64,000 nucleotides of DNA, taken from the NCBI RefSeq assembly GCF_009914755.1, contig NC_060925.1. One strand, given 5' to 3'. This DNA is from the human T2T-CHM13v2.0 reference genome, Homo sapiens. The position numbers and the translations under genes were made by a program. Positions 53,401-64,000 of the stretch are shown one piece after another. The notes under the pieces were generated by a model that saw only the letters and a list, made by a program, of their open reading frames with translations, had not been told where the DNA came from and did no database searches. Position 1 is the first letter of the stretch. Every line of letters begins with the position of its first letter.

Positions 53401-54693
53401 TCGAGGTAGTTCCAAGGATCCCAACAACCTCCCACTTTCTGATTCCAGCTTGTTTATGACCTTCCTGCTTAGAATTCTGACAGCTATCCATTTTCCTTTA
53501 CCATAAATTACCGTTTTTACTTAAGGTTGCATAAGTGGGTCCATGTTCCCTGCTACCAAAAGAGTCCTATCAGTATTTATAAATAAAAGAGTAATTTCCA
53601 CTTTCAGTAGACTTAAACCTGCATGGAGAGGAAGGCTCTTCTCTTTTCCTTATTAGCATTGGACGCCTTTCTTTCCAACAGGTCCTGAGGGACAAAAGGA
53701 GATTGTATGAAGAAATATTTGAAGGATCCGGTGGACCTGAAGCTGAAACTAAATGGCAGGGTTGGATATTGAAAGCAGATAATGATTATAATGGTATTAC
53801 TTTATTCTAGGCATGGAACACGGATTTATCTGTAAAATTCCTTTTGTGCATATTTGTTTTCAGGGTCCATCTCAATGGAGTTATATCAACTACTGCACCC
53901 TGAGAAGATTTATAACATGGAATTTGGTCCATCAACAACCACTTACAAAATCTGCCTTTCCCTTTGAAGATCTCTTCTGTCTCCCTCATTGGCATTTCTC
54001 AGCAGATACGTTTATTTTGTAAGGCAGGACCTGCTCGCATAAAATGGAAAGCAGGTGACCGGAGTGGAGATGAGTGTAACCACTGCGCTTCCTTGGCCTG
54101 AGATGATAGAAGACCAAACTCTGGCAGCTGTTAGAGAGAAAGGGCTTAGATAGATATTGATGAGTCTCCTGTGCACTGGTCAGAGAGTCAGTCTTGCCCG
54201 GTGGTCATGAAGAAGGTACAGAAGTCACAGATTATTTTTTCTTCCTCATGGAGCTGCCAAAAAGGAGAAACCAGAGATTAGCATAGAACTGTTAATTTTT
54301 CAATCTTTTCAGTTTGTAACCTTTGGAGAACTTTCTCAAGAACCCACTAACCACTACTTCCTCTTTTTGTGACTACTTCTCTCTGTTCTTTTTTGACTCC
54401 ACATGGTGTATGTAAAGCAGCCCTATCCTAGCAGAAGGGCTGAAGAAACAGTAGCTGCTAAAGAATAATCACAGTAATTGCCCATGGACAGGAAAGAGGG
54501 TAAAGGTCCATTTTAAGAGTAGTTTGTGTAGATAGGTTCACTCAACGAATCCAAGGAAGGGAGAGATAAGAATTTATAATTGTCAGGAAGAGAAGAATTT
54601 GTAAATATGATTTTACCACAAAAAGCAGAGTAAACAGAGGAAACTGAAGCATCAAGGGAACCTGTAAGAGGCTCCTACATTGTCAGTTATATT

Positions 54694-54694
54694 C

Positions 54695-54729
<35 letters not shown>

Positions 54730-54855
54730 TTTTTTAGTAGAGTTGGGGTTTTGCCATGTTGCCCAGGCTGCTCTTGAAATTCTGGGCTCAAGCAATCTAC
54801 TGGCCTCAGCTTCCCAAAGTGCTGGGTTTATAGGCGTGAGCCACCATGCCCGGCC
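54694..54855 (-). mobile_element. FLAM / free left Alu monomer with (TTTA)n tail
   Basis: Single monomer flanked by 14-bp TSD 'ttgtcagttatatt' (54680-54693, 54858-54871). Confidence 0.85.
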
Positions 54856-56089
54856 TTTTGTCAGTTATATTTTTGACACACATGTCTCTTCATTCATCAG
54901 CAAGGCACTGTTTTTGTCTTGGATATTAAGAGTTTTCTCCTGTAAGTGTGTAGCACAGAAAATAATTAATACTTTAATCTATATGCCACCATATTCACTT
55001 TTGCAAAAAATGAAGCTGCTCTATAGACTGGGTGGCCCAAGGGTTATAGTTCTCTTGAACGGTAACCCTCAGTCCATGATTCTGAAATGGTCTTTTTCTG
55101 TTAGCAATTCCTATTTCTAATTCTTTCTCTCCTGGACCTAATTTTATGAGGTTTTGACCATCAAAACACCACACTTTAGAGAACACAATTGGAGAAGTGA
55201 CTTGTCTCCACATTACCTGTGATAATTTCTTCTCTTAATCTCAAACTCAGATGAAGTCTTGGTTCCATATTTAGAGAAGTTTCAGTAGAAGTCCTCATGT
55301 CTTAACCTATGGCTAAGCAAGATATCTTGGTAAATTAGCACATGTTCATAATCTATTAAATAACCTTGGTAGGTTAAAGATACCATAAACAAAAGTAAAA
55401 GGCAAAAGACATACCATAGATATCTATATCACACATAATTAATTAAAGATTACTATCCTTAGTTCATTAAAAAACTCACATAATTTGTTAGGAAAAGAGT
55501 ATCTTAACTTGTTGAAAATGTGAAAAATTTTTATCCTAAATGGACTATTGATTAAAAAAAGAACACTCCCTGAAACACATAAGATTATATTCTACTTCAC
55601 TAATAGTCAAGTAAATTAAAATTTAAACAATAAAATGTAATTTCTGTTATCATTTTTGCAAAAACAATAAAGAAAGTACAGCACCCAGTGTTGGAACTCA
55701 TAAATGATTTCCTGCTGGTGCCATACAATGTAAAAACTTTCTGGATTATGAGATGCAAAGTTCCGTATACTACTTTTCACAATAAAAGTTTATTCTGAGG
55801 AAGAGAGGAAAAGATTTCATCTCAAAGTTTTTACAAAAGCAAAAAAACAAAAATATACAGAAGAATGGTAAATTAGGGTACGTATATAGATGCAGTATTA
55901 TAAAGCTATTAAACTCGCGTCTTAGAAGAATATTTTTAAAGCATGAAAAGTGTTCAAATATGTAAAATAAGCATTTAATACAATTGCAGTCCAAGTACGT
56001 AAAATGCATATACACACATATGTAGATACATCCTGAATAATGCAGACCTTACTGACCAATGAGTATAAATATGTCCATTCATAGTTAAG

Positions 56090-59320
<3,231 letters not shown>

Positions 59321-59962
59321 TATGCAGAAGAATGAAACTAGACACCTATCTCTCACCATATACAATAAACAACTCAAAATGATTAAAGACTTAAATGTAA
59401 GACCTGAAACTAAAACTACTGGGAAAAAAAAACAAAGGGAAAATACTTCAGGACATTTGTCCAGGCAAAAATTTTATGAATGAGGCATTAAAAACAAAGG
59501 CCACAAAAGCAAAAATAGGCAAATGGGATTTTATCAAACTAAAAAGCTTCTGCACAGCAAAGGAAACACTCAACAGAATAAAGAGACAAACTATTCGTCT
59601 GTCAAATGATCAATATACAGGATATACAAGGAACTCAAACAACTCAACAGCAAAAATGAACCAAACAAAAACAATCTGATTTAAAAATGGACAAAAATCT
59701 GAATACACATTTCTCAAAAGAAGACATGCACATGACCAAACCAGCATATGAAAAAATTCTCAACATCATTAATTATCAGAGAAATGCAAGCCAAAACCAC
59801 AACGAGACATCATGTCACTCCAGTTAGAATGGCTGTTATGAAAAGGACAAAAAGTAACAAATGCTGGTGAGGATGCAAAGAAAAAGGAACTATTGGTGAG
59901 AATATAAATTAGTATATCCACTATTGAAAAGAGTATGAAGGTTTTTCAAAAAACTACAAATA
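59321..59962 (+). mobile_element. L1MA/PB ORF2 3' fragment
   Basis: [18 protein letters not shown] (ORF 59476-59679). Confidence 0.8.
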
Positions 59963-60235
<273 letters not shown>

Positions 60236-60714
60236 TAAGTGGGTTCCCTGCTTTAGCATAAATGGAAGAGAATAATACAGAAGTACACCCACATTTATAT
60301 AGGTAATTGGTTGTTGACAACAATGACAAGGTAATTCAAAGGAAAAACAAAAAACAGGTAATCTTCAAAACAGAGTGCTAAGATCATTGGATATTTGCAG
60401 GGGAGAAAAAATGACATCAACCCTGACCTCATGCCGTGATAAAAATTTACTTAGGATGCCTTACATAGCTAAACACAAGAGCTAAAAATATTACATTTCA
60501 TAAGAAAATCTTTATGACATTTGGTCAGAGAAATAGTTCTAAACAGGACACATAAGGCATGAACTACAAGAAAAAAATGATAAATTCCATTAAACGAAAA
60601 AATTTGAAATTACAAATTACGGTTAAGAAACTGTAAAGGCAAGTCACCAAATGGGAGAAAATACTTGGTAGGCATTTATCTGACAAAGTTATATTGTATT
60701 GTATATTTTAAAAC

Positions 60715-61143
60715 TTCATATTTTCTTGCTTCCTCAACAACCCACAAACAGGCTGAGAGCATCCTACCCAGACAACCAGGTGCAACAGTGTGGTAAGATT
60801 GGCCCCTGCCACAAGTTTCCTTTCCCAACCTCTCCTGACCATAACCTAGTAACATTTCAACACACCAGTAAAATTTTTCTTGTGTATCCCTTTTCTTGTG
60901 TGTCTCAACCTGAGTTCCAATAAAGGCACTTACCCTCTGGTGTTTGCCCGCTCTCTGCTCCCCACTTGCTTGGCTGAGCCTTTTTCCTTGGTGCTCTTTT
61001 CCACATCACTCCCTGTCAGCATGCAGTGACTCTGTCCCTCTAGGACCTTGAGTATAAGAAACTTGTTTTTTCCTTTGCCTCCTCTGTGTCTCCCTTGTGG
61101 TTGACCAGACTGACCATCACCAAAAATAACTCCTGCAACCACA
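60715..61143 (+). mobile_element. Probable ERV solo-LTR fragment
   Basis: GC-richer insert in L1 with AATAAA (60919), pyrimidine-rich U5-like region and ...CA end; family not recognised. Confidence 0.5.
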
Positions 61144-61344
61144 TACTAAGAAGACAACCCAAATTAACAAGAGGCAAAATAAAGTTTATTCAGTAAATAG
61201 TGTTGGAACAACAGGGTACTTATAAGAAAAACAAACAAACTTTTTTTTCTCACTATACGCAACATGAAAAAAATCACTTTATGTGGATTATAGATTTAAG
61301 TGTAAAAGTGAAAATATAATATTTCTAGAAAACAGACAAAGGAA

Positions 61345-63175
61345 TTTTTTGTGTGTTTTAAATTAATACATCATAGTTGTACATTTTTGGGGGTATGTGT
61401 AATATTTGATACATGTATACATTGTGTAATAATCAAACAAGTGTGATTGGGATATCCATCACCTCAAACATTTATCTTGCTTCATGTTGGAAACATTATA
61501 TTTCTTCTGGATATTTTAAAATGTACAATATATTATTTTATTTTTAAATATATAATTTATTATTTAACTAAAATTTCCCCACTTTGCTATTGAATACTAG
61601 AATTTATTCTTTCTAGCTAACTGTATTTTTGCACACATTAACCAACTTCTCTTCATACCTCTCTCTCCCCTTCCCTTCCAAGCCTCTGGTAACTATCATT
61701 CCACTCTCTCTTCATGAAATCCAGTTTTTGGCTCCCACATATGAGTGAGAACATGCAATAACTGTTTTTCTGTGCCTGGCTTATTTAGCTTGATATGATG
61801 ACCTCCACTTCCATCCATGTTGCTGCAAATGACAGGATTTCATTCTTTCTTATGGCTGTATAATATTCCATTGTGTATATGTACCACATTTTCTCCATTC
61901 ATTTGTTGATGGGTACTTAGGTTTATTCTATATCTTTTCTATTGTTCATAATGCTGTGATAAACATGGGAGTGTCGGTATCCCTTCAATATATTGATTTT
62001 CTTTCTTTTGGATATACACAGTAGCAGGATTCCTGGATGGTAGAGCAGTTCTATTTTTAGTTTTTTGAGGAATCTCCATACTATTCTCCATTGTGACTTT
62101 CCTAATTTATATTCCCACCAAAAGTGTATGAGGGTTCCCCTTTCTCCACATCATCGCCAGCACCTGTTATTTCCTGTCTTTTTGATAAAAGCAATTTTAT
62201 CTGGAGTAAGATAATACCTCACTGTAATTTTGATTTGCATTCTCCTGATGATTAGTGATGTTGAGCATATTTTTCATATATTTGTTGGCCATTGTATGTC
62301 TTCTTTTGAGAAATGTCTATTCAGGTCTTTTGTGCATTTTTTAATTAAATTATTTGCTGGGTTTTTTTTCTACTGAGTTTTTTGAGCTCCTTATAAACTC
62401 TGGTTTATTAATCCCTTGTCAGGTTGGTAGTTTGCAAATATTTTCTCCTATTCTATAGGTTGTGTCTTCCTTCGCTTGCTGATTGTTTCCTTTGCTGTGC
62501 AGAAGCTTCTTAGCTTGATGGAATAACATTTGTCTATTTCTTGCTTTGATTGACTGTGCTTGTGAGGTTTTACACAGAAAATTTTTGCCTAGACCAATGT
62601 CCTGGAGCATTTTCCCAATGCTTTCTTCTAGTAGTTTCACAGTTTCAGGTCTTAGATTTAAACCTTTAATCTATTTTTGTTTGTGGATGGTAAGAGATTT
62701 AGATCTAAGGTTCATTCTTTTGATTATAGTTAACCAAATTTCCCAGCACCATTTATTAAAGAGGTGGTCCTTCTTAGCACATTTGTTGAAGATGAATTTG
62801 CTATAAATGTGTGGATTCATAAATGAATTTTCTGTTCTACTCCATTGGTCTGTGTGTCTATTCTTGTGCCAGTACCATGCTGATTTGGTTACTATAGCTT
62901 TGTCATAAATTTTAAAGTTATACAGTGTGATGCCTCCAGATTTGTTCTTTTTTCTCAGAATTGCTTCAGCTAATTAGGGTCTTTTATGGTTCCACATAAA
63001 TTGTAAGACTTTTAAAAATTTCTGTGAAGAATGTCATTGGTATTTTGATAGGGATTGCATTGAATCTATAAATTGTTTGGGGGTAGTATTGTCATTCTGA
63101 TAGTATCAATTCTTCCAACTGATAATGAGTTTTTTTTTCATTTTTGTGTCCTTTTCAATTTTATTCATCAGTATT
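61345..63175 (-). mobile_element. L1MA 3' portion, antisense
   Basis: 'gctcccacatatgagtgagaacatgc', 'tttgctgtgcagaagctt' and other L1MA motifs. Confidence 0.85.
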
Positions 63176-64000
63176 TCCAGTCAAGGGCTTATAGATATAA
63201 CTCCCATCTCCCTGGGGCAGAGCACCTGGGGGAAGGGGCGGCTGTGGGCACAGCTTTGGCAGACTTGTTCTTGCCTGCTGGCTCTGAAGAGAGCAGTGGA
63301 TCTCCCAGCACAGTGCCTCCTCAGATGGCAGTCTGACCCCTGTGCCTCCTGACTGGGAGAAAGCTCCCAGCAGGGGTCAACAGACACCTCCTACAGGAGA
63401 GCTCCAGCTTTCATCTGGTGGGTGCTCCTCTGGAACAAAGCTTCCAGAGGAAGAAACAGGCAGCAATCGTTGCTCTTCTGCAGCCTCTGCTGGTGATACC
63501 CAGGCAAACAGGGTCTGGAGTGGACCTCCAGCAAACTCCAACAGACCTGCAACAGAGGGGTCTGACTGTTAGAAGGAAAACTAACAAATAAAAAGGAATA
63601 GCATCAACATCAACAGAAAGAACTTCCACACCGAAACCCCATCCTAAGGTCACCAACACCGGAGATAGAGATCAAAGATAGATCAATCCATGAAGACGAG
63701 GAAAAACCAGAGCAAAAAGCTGAAAATTCAAAAAAGTAGAATGTCTCTTCTCCTCCAAAGGATCATAACTCCTCACCACCAAGGGAACAAAACTAGATGG
63801 CAAATGAGTTTGACGAATTGACAGAGGTAGGCTTCAGAAGATGGGTAATAACAAACTCCTCCGAGCTAAAGGAGCATGTTCTAACCCAATGAAAGGAAGC
63901 TAAGAACCCTGGAAAAAAGGTTAGGGGAATTGCTAACTCAAATAACCAGTTTAGAGAAGAACATAAATGACCTGATGGAGCTGAAAAACACAGCACGAGA
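63176..64000 (+). mobile_element. L1PA (PA7/8-like) 5'UTR and start of ORF1, continues beyond the window
   Basis: 'cccaggcaaacagggtctggagtggacctccagcaaactcc'; ORF1 motifs 'gagtttgacgaattgacagaggtaggcttcagaag'. Confidence 0.9.

Overview
Primate (most likely human) genomic DNA, AT-rich and dominated by interspersed repeats: L1 of several ages, AluY/S/J/FLAM, L2, MIR, MaLR/ERV LTRs, an ERVL pol remnant and hAT DNA transposons. No intact protein-coding gene is evident. The main non-repeat element is an unprocessed, rearranged Fc-receptor-like (FCRL5/FCRL3-type) gene on the minus strand (~30.9-50.1 kb). It has intact signal exons S1 (31 nt) and S2 (21-nt mini-exon), a D1 exon broken mid-way, two FCRL5 D5/D6-like Ig exons each with one stop codon, and then, out of order, two fully open D2- and D3-like Ig exons. 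No TM or cytoplasmic exons were found. Splicing S1-S2-D2-D3 would still give an open 199-aa secreted two-Ig protein. Other features are a perfect DR5 retinoic-acid element next to an AP-1/ARE site in a repeat-poor island downstream, a nested L1 cluster containing a twin-primed young L1 cut by a later deletion, a recent 121-bp triplication, and a possible short terminal coding exon near 3.3 kb. Family and subfamily assignments come from remembered consensus and protein sequences, not database searches; repeat boundaries are approximate.
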